This document shows, piece after piece, positions 10,665 to 19,164 of a stretch of 44,487 bases of DNA. Numbering within the stretch: the stretch's first letter is position 1; the number at the start of each line of letters is the position of its first letter. The notes under the pieces were generated by a model. It saw nothing but the letters and a program-made list of their open reading frames with translations. It did no database searches and was not told where the DNA came from. The DNA is taken from the sequence record SRR20825006_443; one strand, 5' to 3'. The position numbers were made by a program, and so were the translations under genes.

Positions 10665-10988
10665 GTGAACGCGAAAAATTTCTCAGAAACGCCCGCAACG
10701 GCTGCCGCTTTGCTCTCAGCGATGGCAAACCCGAAACGGCTTCAAATTCTTTCGGTTCTGATTGATCGGGAAATGCCAGTAGGCGCACTTGCTACGAGAG
10801 TCGGTCTCAGCCAGTCTGCGTTATCGCAGCACCTGTCCAAGCTCAGAGCACAGAACCTCGTCGAAACAAGGCGGGAAGCTCAGACGATCTACTATAGCAC
10901 ACATTCCGAGCCTGTTCTCAAGCTGCTTAATACGCTGGACGAAATTTACGACGACTCCACACCGGAACAGCAGCGCGCCACAGGGTAA
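10665..10988 (+). CDS. nolR: ArsR/SmtB-family regulator, NolR orthologue
   Basis: LSAMANPKRL.IL..L...EM.VGALA..VGLSQSALSQHLSKLRAQNLV.TRR.AQTIYYS closely matches rhizobial NolR. GTG at 10665 follows GGGG; ATG at 10626 is the alternative start. Confidence 0.85.
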   Translation: MNAKNFSETPATAAALLSAMANPKRLQILSVLIDREMPVGALATRVGLSQSALSQHLSKLRAQNLVETRREAQTIYYSTHSEPVLKLLNTLDEIYDDSTPEQQRATG

Positions 10989-11219
10989 GCTGTTTATCCA
11001 GTTCGCGCCGCACCACGGCGGCGCGTGCTCTGACAATCCGTTCGAGACTGGCACTGAAAGTCGTACGTATTCAAAATTGTGATTATGATTCGCCGCATCC
11101 ATCGCAGAATCTTGCGCGTTTACGGCTTGACGACGTGATATCCGCTGATAACCTGCCACATATAAGATAAATGACAATAATGGCCCGGTAACGGGTCACT
11201 TTACTTTGTGGAGCAGTTG

Positions 11220-12548
11220 ATGTCCGACCAACGCAGTGTAGCGCCCAATGATCTTGAGGCGTTCTGGATGCCGTTTACCGCGAACCGCCAGTTCAAGAAG
11301 GCACCGCGCATGTTCGCAAGTGCCAAGGATATGTATTACACGACCACCGACGGGCGCGAGGTTCTGGATGGAACAGCTGGCCTGTGGTGCGTCAATGCCG
11401 GTCACTGCCGTCCCAAAATCACCGAAGCGATCCGTAAACAGGCCGGCGAACTGGACTATGCGCCTGCTTTCCAGCTCGGCCACCCGAAAGCGTTCGAGCT
11501 TGCCAACCGCCTGGCGGCACTCGCACCGGAGGGTATGAACCACGTTTTCTACACAAATTCCGGCTCGGAATCGGTCGATACAGCGCTCAAGATCGCCCTC
11601 GCCTACCATCGTGTCAAAGGCGAAGGTTCACGTTTCCGCCTGGTCGGTCGCGAACGCGGCTATCACGGCATCAATTTTGGCGGCACATCGGTCGGCGGCA
11701 TTGTTTCCAATCGCAAGATGTTCGGTACGCTTTTGACCGGCGTTGACCACATGCCGCATACGCACCTGCCACATAAAAATGCCTTTACGAAGGGCCAGCC
11801 GGAGCATGGTGGCGATCTGGCCGACGAACTGGAGCGCATTGTCACCCTGCATGATGCATCGACGGTTGCTGCCGTTATCGTCGAGCCGCTGGCAGGATCA
11901 ACCGGCGTTCTGGTTCCGCCGAAAGGCTATCTCGAGCGCCTGCGTGAAATTTGCACAAAGCACGGGATCCTGCTCATTTTTGATGAAGTTATTACCGGTT
12001 TCGGTCGCCTTGGCGCACCGTTTGCAGCCGATTATTTCGGCGTAACGCCGGATATCATCACAACGGCGAAAGGCCTTACGAACGGGGTCATTCCCATGGG
12101 GGCTGTTTTCGTGAAGGATGAAATTCATGATGCCTTCATGACCGGCCCGGAACACATGATCGAGTTCATGCATGGCTACACCTATTCTGGCAATCCGATC
12201 GCCTCCGCCGCTGCACTGGCCACACTCGACACGTATGAAGAAGAGGGCCTGTTGACCCGCGCGGGCGCACTTGCCTCATATTTTGAAGAGCAGTTGCACA
12301 GCCTGAAGGCTTGCCCGCATGTCATAGATATCCGCAATATGGGTCTTGTCGGCGCTATTGAACTTGAGCCGATTGCAGGGGAACCAACCAAACGCGCATT
12401 CAATGCGTTTTTGAAGGCTTATGAAGACGGCCTGTTGATCCGCACCACTGGCGACATCATCGCGCTTTCGCCACCGCTGATCATTACGAAGGAGCAGATT
12501 GACGAGCTGTTCGAGAAGCTTCGCAACGTGCTGATGAACAATATCTGA
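11220..12548 (+). CDS. Class III PLP aminotransferase, omega-amino acid (beta-alanine):pyruvate transaminase
   Basis: WMPFTANRQFK, DGTAGLWC, NSGSESVDTALK, FDEVITGFGR and TTAKG (PLP Lys); BauA/AptA-like. Confidence 0.9.
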   Translation: MSDQRSVAPNDLEAFWMPFTANRQFKKAPRMFASAKDMYYTTTDGREVLDGTAGLWCVNAGHCRPKITEAIRKQAGELDYAPAFQLGHPKAFELANRLAALAPEGMNHVFYTNSGSESVDTALKIALAYHRVKGEGSRFRLVGRERGYHGINFGGTSVGGIVSNRKMFGTLLTGVDHMPHTHLPHKNAFTKGQPEHGGDLADELERIVTLHDASTVAAVIVEPLAGSTGVLVPPKGYLERLREICTKHGILLIFDEVITGFGRLGAPFAADYFGVTPDIITTAKGLTNGVIPMGAVFVKDEIHDAFMTGPEHMIEFMHGYTYSGNPIASAAALATLDTYEEEGLLTRAGALASYFEEQLHSLKACPHVIDIRNMGLVGAIELEPIAGEPTKRAFNAFLKAYEDGLLIRTTGDIIALSPPLIITKEQIDELFEKLRNVLMNNI

Positions 12549-12570
12549 TCGCAATCAGAGACCAGGTTTG

Positions 12571-12606
12571 AAGCCGCACCGGAGAAGCTGCCGGTGCGGC
12601 TTTTTT
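12571..12606 (+). terminator. Intrinsic terminator after the aminotransferase
   Basis: GCCGCACCGG-agaagctg-CCGGTGCGGC followed by TTTTTT. Confidence 0.85.
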
Positions 12607-12681
12607 GCTGTTGCACCGCAACCGCCCGACGATACTATATCTTTAACCACCGCCATCCGCTTTTTCAGGGAGCAAACTTCA

Positions 12682-13554
12682 ATGTCCGAGAACATCAGAA
12701 TCGCCAATGACAAACTCGCTGTCACGGTATCCACTCTTGGTGCGGAAACGCAGTCTGTCATGACCAGCGATGGCCGTTCATGGCTCTGGAACGGAAACCC
12801 GGATTTCTGGACCGGACGTTCGCCGATTCTGTTTCCGATCGTTGGCAGGGCACCGGATGATACCGTCACTATTGACGGAAAACCATACACGATGAAGCCG
12901 CATGGATTTGCCCGCCGCTCAACATTCAGGCTGGCAGAGCATTCTGACACAGTCTGCCGCTTCCAACTTGAAGCGGATGCGGAAACAAAAGCCGTCTATC
13001 CGTTTGATTTCCGGCTATCCGTAGCCCATGTTCTGGAAGGTGAAACCCTTAGGGTTGCCTCCACCGTCGCGAATACGGGCGACACACCCATGCCCTTCGG
13101 ATTTGGTTACCATCCGGCGTTCAACTGGCCGATACCGGGCGTGGACAATGGGCATGTCCACCATATTCATCTCGAAAACGCCTCTGAACCGGCATTGGTA
13201 AGGCTACGCGACGGCCTGATTGACCTCACGCCTCTGCCCTCACCGTTTTCAAAAGGCGTGTTGGCACTGGACCACGACTATTTTGTCGAAGATGCCTTGA
13301 TTTTCCCTGAAGGCGCTGGCGATCGGCTGACCTTCAGCGCCGAAAACGGACCGTCACTGCATTTCAGCTTTGAGAACCTGCCAAACCTCGCGCTCTGGAC
13401 CAAACCCGGCGCACCGTACATCTGTGTCGAACCCTGGCACGGCATGGCCGCCGCCCATGGCAAGGGCACTGAACTTGCAGACCGCCCCTCGACCAAAACG
13501 CTCGCCCCCGGTGAAAGCGCCGACTTCGCCTTCTCCGTAACCTTCGACGGTTGA
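12682..13554 (+). CDS. Aldose 1-epimerase family protein (LacX-like)
   Basis: WTGRSPILFPIVG, HGFAR, YPFDF, GYHPAF, YICVEPWHG. SD GGGAG precedes ATG 12682. Confidence 0.88.
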   Translation: MSENIRIANDKLAVTVSTLGAETQSVMTSDGRSWLWNGNPDFWTGRSPILFPIVGRAPDDTVTIDGKPYTMKPHGFARRSTFRLAEHSDTVCRFQLEADAETKAVYPFDFRLSVAHVLEGETLRVASTVANTGDTPMPFGFGYHPAFNWPIPGVDNGHVHHIHLENASEPALVRLRDGLIDLTPLPSPFSKGVLALDHDYFVEDALIFPEGAGDRLTFSAENGPSLHFSFENLPNLALWTKPGAPYICVEPWHGMAAAHGKGTELADRPSTKTLAPGESADFAFSVTFDG

Positions 13555-13684
13555 GAACAGCATTTTAAACCAGCTGGAATCCGGAGCAGCTTCCTGTTGC
13601 TCCGAATGACAGGATACCCGAACCTATGTCGAGGTAGCCCGACACCGCTCGTTGAATGTAAAAGACTTTTATCAACTGTATGTG

Positions 13685-14578
13685 TCAGGGCAGTTTCTTC
13701 TGTTTCGTACCGGTTGGCATGAAGGTCGCCAGAAAAATCAACCCGATACCGGCCCAGACGATCGGTGTCGGCCATTCTCCGAAAACAAACAGTCCGATCA
13801 TCACGGCAATCGGCAATGCGGTGTGAAGGGCTGGCGTCAGCACCACCGCATCGGCCATAGAGAAGGCTTTGATCATGAAGTAATTGCTGCCATTCACCAG
13901 CAGCGCCGATACCATCAGCAGGCCAAAGTCGAACCAGGAAAGCAAACTCCAGCGGAAAAGCGCAGGCACAAAGGCAATGCCTGCCATCAGCGTATACATC
14001 CAGAAAAGAGCCGGAACGATACGTTCATTCATCGCAAGGATTTTGAGGACGATGTTTTTCGAAGCCAGTGCCAGTGCGGCTGCGATGGCAACCAGCCCGG
14101 CAAGCTGGAATGTTTCGCCACCAGGGCGCAGGATCAGCAAGGCACCGGAAAGGCCGAGTGCAACTGCCGCCCAGCGCCGCCAGTCTGCCTTTTCCTTCAA
14201 GAACAGGATGGCCAGTGGAATAACGAAAAACGTCTCAAGCTGGAACAATGACGCCGCGACAGTGAACGGCAGCAGCGAAAGCGAGGTAAAAATAAGCCAG
14301 CTGACCATCACGCCAAGAACCGCACGCAAAACTAGCAACCTCGGATCGCGAATGCGAAATCCTTCCGCCCCCGCCCTGACGGCCAGCGGAAAGATCATCA
14401 TTGCGGCAATGCCCGACTGCAGGAAAACAAGCATGACCGGATCATGCCGCTGTGTGAGTTCCTTGGTAATCGTGTCGACCAGCGTGAAAGCCGTCACACC
14501 GCCGATCATCAGAAAAATCGCGATCATGCGCGAGCCCGGGCGTAACCGGGGCCCGATCGATTGGGTATCGAAGGTCAT
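13685..14578 (-). CDS. EamA/DMT-family transporter (~10 TM)
   Basis: Two EamA-like repeats with LAILFLKE, ILRPG and FVFGEWP. SD GGAGAGGG precedes ATG 14578. Confidence 0.85.
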   Translation of the reverse strand: MTFDTQSIGPRLRPGSRMIAIFLMIGGVTAFTLVDTITKELTQRHDPVMLVFLQSGIAAMMIFPLAVRAGAEGFRIRDPRLLVLRAVLGVMVSWLIFTSLSLLPFTVAASLFQLETFFVIPLAILFLKEKADWRRWAAVALGLSGALLILRPGGETFQLAGLVAIAAALALASKNIVLKILAMNERIVPALFWMYTLMAGIAFVPALFRWSLLSWFDFGLLMVSALLVNGSNYFMIKAFSMADAVVLTPALHTALPIAVMIGLFVFGEWPTPIVWAGIGLIFLATFMPTGTKQKKLP

Positions 14579-14769
14579 GTCCCTCTCCGAAAGCAAATAC
14601 AATTATTATGAATGCTTCCTGGAGGTACCCCCGTCCGCTTGTCAGGAAGAACAGCGCTTCAATGAGAAACGCGGTGGCAACGCGGGACGCGCCCCACCCT
14701 TGCGGAGGCTTCAGGATAGAAAACCTCCCACGAAACGGCAAGTCCTGCATGGCGGCAAGACGAAAAAGT
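14579..14769 (-). promoter_or_regulatory. Highly structured 5' leader of the DMT transporter (candidate cis-regulatory RNA)
   Basis: Four back-to-back hairpins (14704-14728, 14673-14698, 14654-14672, 14615-14649) whose G-U wobbles work only on the minus strand, then a weak SD hairpin. Confidence 0.45.
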
Positions 14770-15801
14770 CTACCGCTCGGTCAGTTTGAACTCAATTCGA
14801 CGGTTCTGAGCACGCGCTTCCACTGAATTGCCCTCGGCAATCGGCTGATATTCGGCAAAACCGGCTGCAACAAGACGCTGCGCAGGAACCCCTTGCGAAA
14901 TCAGATACCGAACAACCGAATTTGCACGCGCCGTCGAAAGCTCCCAGTTATCGGCGAACTGCCCGCCGGATCGGATCGGGACATCATCGGTATGGCCGTC
15001 TACGCGCAGCACCCAGTTGATATCATCGGGAATTTCCGGCGCAATCTCCAGCAGTGCGCTGGCAAGCTTCGACAGTTCTTCCCGACCTGGTTCATTCAGT
15101 TCATCAGACCCGGATTCAAACAGAACCTCAGACTGAAAGACGAAACGGTCTCCAACAATGCGAATATTCTCGCGGTCGGAAAGTATTTGTCTCAAACGCC
15201 CGAAAAAGTCCGAACGATAACGGTTCAGTTCCTGCACCTTCTGAGCCAGCGCAACATTCAGGCGGCGGCCAAGATCGGCAATCCGGGCCTGAGATGCTTC
15301 ATCTTTGGCTTCGGAGACCTCCAGAGCCTCCTCAACGGCAGCAAGCTGCGCGCGCAAGGCCGATATCTGCTGGTTCAAAAGCGCGATCTGGCTTTGCGCA
15401 CGTGACGAAAGCTGCCGCTCCGCTTCAAGATCTTCAGACAACTCGCCAATACGCGCTTCAGCAGCATCGCTCATGCCTGCGCCCTCATCGAGCAAGGTCT
15501 GCAAACGTGACCGTTCAGCAACGGCTGAAGCCAGCGAAGCCTGAAGCGCTGCGATCTGATCGTTTGCGTCCTGACTATTGCTGCGTTCCAGAGCCAGAAG
15601 CTGCGTCAATTCGGCAATCTGGCTGTTGAGGCGGTTCAGCACTTCATCCTTGCCGGAGATTTCACGCGTCAGAATAAACTGGCCGATCACGAATACCGTC
15701 AGCAAAAACATGATAGCCAAAAGCAATGTCGAAAGCGCGTCGACAAAGCCAGGCCAGTAATCAACATTGCGGTTTGTTCGGCGGTTTCGACCAAGCGCCA
15801 T
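14770..15801 (-). CDS. MotB/OmpA-family peptidoglycan-binding protein (single TM, long coiled coil, OmpA-like C domain)
   Basis: YWPGFVDALSTLL TM with conserved Asp, heptad-rich linker, then VDGHTD, NWELSTARA and NRRIE OmpA/MotB motifs. Confidence 0.88.
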   Translation of the reverse strand: MALGRNRRTNRNVDYWPGFVDALSTLLLAIMFLLTVFVIGQFILTREISGKDEVLNRLNSQIAELTQLLALERSNSQDANDQIAALQASLASAVAERSRLQTLLDEGAGMSDAAEARIGELSEDLEAERQLSSRAQSQIALLNQQISALRAQLAAVEEALEVSEAKDEASQARIADLGRRLNVALAQKVQELNRYRSDFFGRLRQILSDRENIRIVGDRFVFQSEVLFESGSDELNEPGREELSKLASALLEIAPEIPDDINWVLRVDGHTDDVPIRSGGQFADNWELSTARANSVVRYLISQGVPAQRLVAAGFAEYQPIAEGNSVEARAQNRRIEFKLTER

Positions 15802-15803
15802 GG

Positions 15804-16832
15804 TCAGCGCCCTTCAAGCTTGTCTGTCAGGCGGTGAAGTGTACGGCGCAGTTCCTGCGATTCTTCCTGCTGCGCTTCAATCCAATCCCGAAGCATCTGC
15901 TGCTCATTACGCATATTTTTCACAACACCCTGAATGCCCTCGGCAAGCTGGGCCATGGCCGCCATGTCGCCCTTCGAAGCACCATTGGCCTCGACGATAC
16001 GGCGAAGCTCCTGTGCAATCACCTCAAACTGTTCGCTTGAACCACTGCCGAAACCTTCTATAGCAGGCGTTAGGTCTGAGGACAGATCGGTCATCGAAGA
16101 AAGCCAGTTCTCAAGCTCCATATAAAACCGGTTCTGCGCACGCCCGGCCTGAAGGTCGAGAAAGCCAAGCACAAGCGATCCTGAGAGGCCCAGCAGCGAC
16201 GACGAAAACGCCGTCCCCATACCTGCCAGTGGACCGGCAAGCCCCTGTTTCAAAGCATTGAGCACATCACCGGAATCGCCGGAATTCGGATCAAGATTCT
16301 GAATAATATCGCCTATCGAACCAATCGTACCCAAAAGCCCCCAGAATGTGCCGAGCAGGCCCAGAAACACCAAAAGTCCGACCAGATAACGCGAGGTATC
16401 ACGCTGCTCGTCAAGACGGGTTCCGATGGAGTCGAGAATGGAACGCAGCGACATCGTTGAAAGCGCCATCGTCTGACGGCTGCCGATCAGCGCACGCAGT
16501 GGCGCCAGAAGCTTGGGGTCTCGGCCAACCCGGTCAGCACTTCCGGCAGCCCGGTAGGAATTGAGCCAGACCACTTCCCGGCGCAATGCCAGAACCTGAC
16601 TGAAAACCATCAGGATACCGATCAGCAAAACACCAAGGATGAGACCGTTCAGCCCCGGATTTGTCATGAAGGCGTCATGCGCCTGCCGGTAAAGAATCGC
16701 GACGCAAAAGCCGATGAGGATCAGGAAAATCACCATCGTCCAGATGAATGTCATCGGGCTCGAGAGTTTCTGGGTGTAATCGCGCCGCGCCGGTTCGCGC
16801 CGATCACCATTTTCGAGTTCGATATCCGACAT
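15804..16832 (-). CDS. MotA/TolQ/ExbB proton-channel family protein
   Basis: LVFLGLLGTFWGL and GMGTAFSSSLLGL TM motifs, helical C-terminal tail. SD GGAGG precedes ATG 16832. 2-bp gap to the MotB-like gene. Confidence 0.85.
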   Translation of the reverse strand: MSDIELENGDRREPARRDYTQKLSSPMTFIWTMVIFLILIGFCVAILYRQAHDAFMTNPGLNGLILGVLLIGILMVFSQVLALRREVVWLNSYRAAGSADRVGRDPKLLAPLRALIGSRQTMALSTMSLRSILDSIGTRLDEQRDTSRYLVGLLVFLGLLGTFWGLLGTIGSIGDIIQNLDPNSGDSGDVLNALKQGLAGPLAGMGTAFSSSLLGLSGSLVLGFLDLQAGRAQNRFYMELENWLSSMTDLSSDLTPAIEGFGSGSSEQFEVIAQELRRIVEANGASKGDMAAMAQLAEGIQGVVKNMRNEQQMLRDWIEAQQEESQELRRTLHRLTDKLEGR

Positions 16833-17041
16833 TCCGTCACAACCTCCGCGCATAGGGACATCTGAGCACACCACTTATGACAGAGACCGGAAGCCTGAAA
16901 AAGCCACCCTGTCCCGTCAAAAAAATGACATGACAAATCACTGCCAGCCCTTCAACAGACCCAGCAAGCTCTAATCGAAAAAGCAGACGAAATGAAGGGT
17001 GCAGCATCGAAAAGCCCAAAAGGCTTTGCGCATGAACGCAA

Positions 17042-17839
17042 TTACTTTTCGAGACGGCGCTGAAGCTGATCGAAAAGTGCGATGCGAACCTGTTCATTTC
17101 CGGCAATCACACCGCCGGTATCCAGCATCTTCTGCCCGCCCTTGGTATCGGACACAAAACCACCGGCTTCACGCACAAGGATAAGACCGGCAGCCATATC
17201 CCAAGCTGACAGACTATCTTCCCAGTAACCGTCAAGACGGCCGGCAGCCACATAAGCCAGATCAAGCGAGGCAGCCCCCATGCGGCGCATACCCGCCACT
17301 TCACCCATTACATGGCGCAATTCCACCAGAAACTTGCCGTGTTGCCCACGCCCAAGATGCGGAACACCGCATCCGATCACACAATCGGAAAGAGTGCGAC
17401 GGGCCGAAACGCGGATACGGCGATCATTGCAAAATGCGCCGCCGCCTTTTTCAGCTACGAAAAGTTCATCCTGAGCGGGGTTGAAAACAACACCGGCGAC
17501 AATTTCGCCGGAGCGCTCCAATGCGATCGAAACAGCAAACTGAGGGATACCGTGCAGAAAGTTGGTTGTGCCATCCAGCGGATCAACGATCCAGCGATGC
17601 TGACCGTCAGAGCCCTGTTCCTCGCCGCCTTCCTCGCCCAGAAAACCATAGGTCGGTCGGGCGCGCATCAGCTCCGAGCGTACAATCTTTTCCGCCTTCA
17701 GGTCAGCCTGAGAGACAAAATCACCGGGCCCCTTGATGGAGACCTGCAAATTCTGCACCTCACCGAAATCGCGTGTAAGCGAACGCCCGGCTTTCAGGGC
17801 GGCCTGTACCATGACATTAAGAAGGGCGGAACGGGCCAT
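17042..17839 (-). CDS. suhB: Inositol monophosphatase family protein SuhB
   Basis: GEE, WIVDPLDGTTNF, RRMGAASLDLAYVAAGR, WDMAAG. Confidence 0.93.
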   Translation of the reverse strand: MARSALLNVMVQAALKAGRSLTRDFGEVQNLQVSIKGPGDFVSQADLKAEKIVRSELMRARPTYGFLGEEGGEEQGSDGQHRWIVDPLDGTTNFLHGIPQFAVSIALERSGEIVAGVVFNPAQDELFVAEKGGGAFCNDRRIRVSARRTLSDCVIGCGVPHLGRGQHGKFLVELRHVMGEVAGMRRMGAASLDLAYVAAGRLDGYWEDSLSAWDMAAGLILVREAGGFVSDTKGGQKMLDTGGVIAGNEQVRIALFDQLQRRLEK

Positions 17840-17938
17840 GAGACGAGTACTTCCTTAGGAAAGGCCGGGCATGTTTCATGCGCGGCAAAGACAAAACAGG
17901 ATCTGTTGCCGGTTCAAGACCACATAACACCGAGAAAT

Positions 17939-19060
17939 TCAAGAGTTAGCGGCGGCAATCGGCGCTTCCGGTCTCATAGTCTCGACCTGCACGCAATTGC
18001 GCCCGGTATTTTTGGCCTTGTACAATGCGCGATCGGCAAAATCCAGAGCCTGGTTCAATCTCATCTGCGGTGCCTGGAACTCGGCAACACCGGCGCTGAT
18101 TGTCACGCTAAAGGACTGTCCTTCGAATTCGAACCGTTCGTCAGCAATCAGTTTGCGGATCTGCTCGGCGATCCGGCTGGCTCCCTCCACCGGCGCATTC
18201 ATCAAAACCACAGCGATTTCCTCTCCGCCGTAGCGAACGACCATATCGGAGCGCCGGACACGACTTAAAATCGTACGGGCAATCGTGAGAAGAACAATAT
18301 CCCCGCGTGGATGGCCAAAACGGTCATTTATCGATTTGAAATGGTCGATATCAAATAGAATGACACAACCTTTGGCCTCTTCCGGGGTTACGGGATTTTC
18401 CATCCGCGCACTCAATTCAGTCAGGGCGTGACGGTTCCAGAGATTGGTCAGCGGATCACGCTCGGCCTTAAACTCAACAGAGCGCAGATAATGATCCGCC
18501 TGACGCGTACTTTCGAGAACATAACCCAGCATGATAACGCCACCGACATTGATCAGCGTTAAGGGCATGACAATGCTTACAAACACAGGCAATGCCGCAT
18601 CGAAACCGAGCAGAAAGATTGAAAACACCATGCACGCCGCAAGTAATCCGAGGACGAACAGGCTTTTCGCCGTTTGTTTTTTCGGCCCGAGCCAATAAAA
18701 TATGAAACCGGCGGCAGCGGCGATCAGAATGCCGGTCATACCGGCCACAGCCCCTTCACCGCCCATCCAGAGACGAAATACACCAGCTGATCCGCCAGTG
18801 GCAAAACCAGCTACAGGGCCTCCGAACGGGACAGAAAGAGCGATGAAAACCGCACGCGCATCAAAAACGATTCCAGGATGGAGCTCTATGGGATTCACCA
18901 TAGCCGCAAGTGCACCACATGAAAAAACGACAGCGCTAGCATAGCTTGCACTCCGCGTTCTTCCGAATTTGCGCAAAACGATGCCGTATCCAATTACAAC
19001 AAGTGCCCCAAGGCCAAGACTTGCAACGAGCTGCCCGATCAAACTGAATTGCAGCAACAC
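17939..19060 (-). CDS. Membrane diguanylate cyclase with LytS/YhcK-type 5TM receptor domain
   Basis: GIVFDAR and GGPVAG in the hydrophobic N-half. DPLTNLWNR, DIDHFKSINDRFGH..GD, RRSD (I-site), RYGGEEI and ADRALYKAK. GTG 19060 follows GGGGAG; ATG 19087 is the alternative start. Confidence 0.88.
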   Translation of the reverse strand: MLLQFSLIGQLVASLGLGALVVIGYGIVLRKFGRTRSASYASAVVFSCGALAAMVNPIELHPGIVFDARAVFIALSVPFGGPVAGFATGGSAGVFRLWMGGEGAVAGMTGILIAAAAGFIFYWLGPKKQTAKSLFVLGLLAACMVFSIFLLGFDAALPVFVSIVMPLTLINVGGVIMLGYVLESTRQADHYLRSVEFKAERDPLTNLWNRHALTELSARMENPVTPEEAKGCVILFDIDHFKSINDRFGHPRGDIVLLTIARTILSRVRRSDMVVRYGGEEIAVVLMNAPVEGASRIAEQIRKLIADERFEFEGQSFSVTISAGVAEFQAPQMRLNQALDFADRALYKAKNTGRNCVQVETMRPEAPIAAANS

Positions 19061-19164
19061 GCTACTCCCCCAAAAAGCATCCCGCATGTCAGAGAATGTG
19101 CCGCGACGACACGAAACCGCTTTTAAAATACAGCAGTTCGCCAAGGCTGAACAGCGAAAAGCAC

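Noticed and set aside
14579-14769. FMN riboswitch / ribN assignment for the DMT gene
   Set aside because: The invariant FMN segments (GGGCGGGGUGAAAUUCCC, AGUCCGGAUGGGAG) are absent.
14770-16832. Calling the MotA/MotB-like pair a Zorya anti-phage system or flagellar stator
   Set aside because: No zorC/D/E or flagellar genes nearby, the A-subunit tail is short, and the context is housekeeping with ordinary composition.
19061-19071. GGGGAGTAG resembling the yybP-ykoY (Mn) riboswitch 5' motif
   Set aside because: It sits directly before a GTG start and is simply the SD of the cyclase; no downstream aptamer elements are present.
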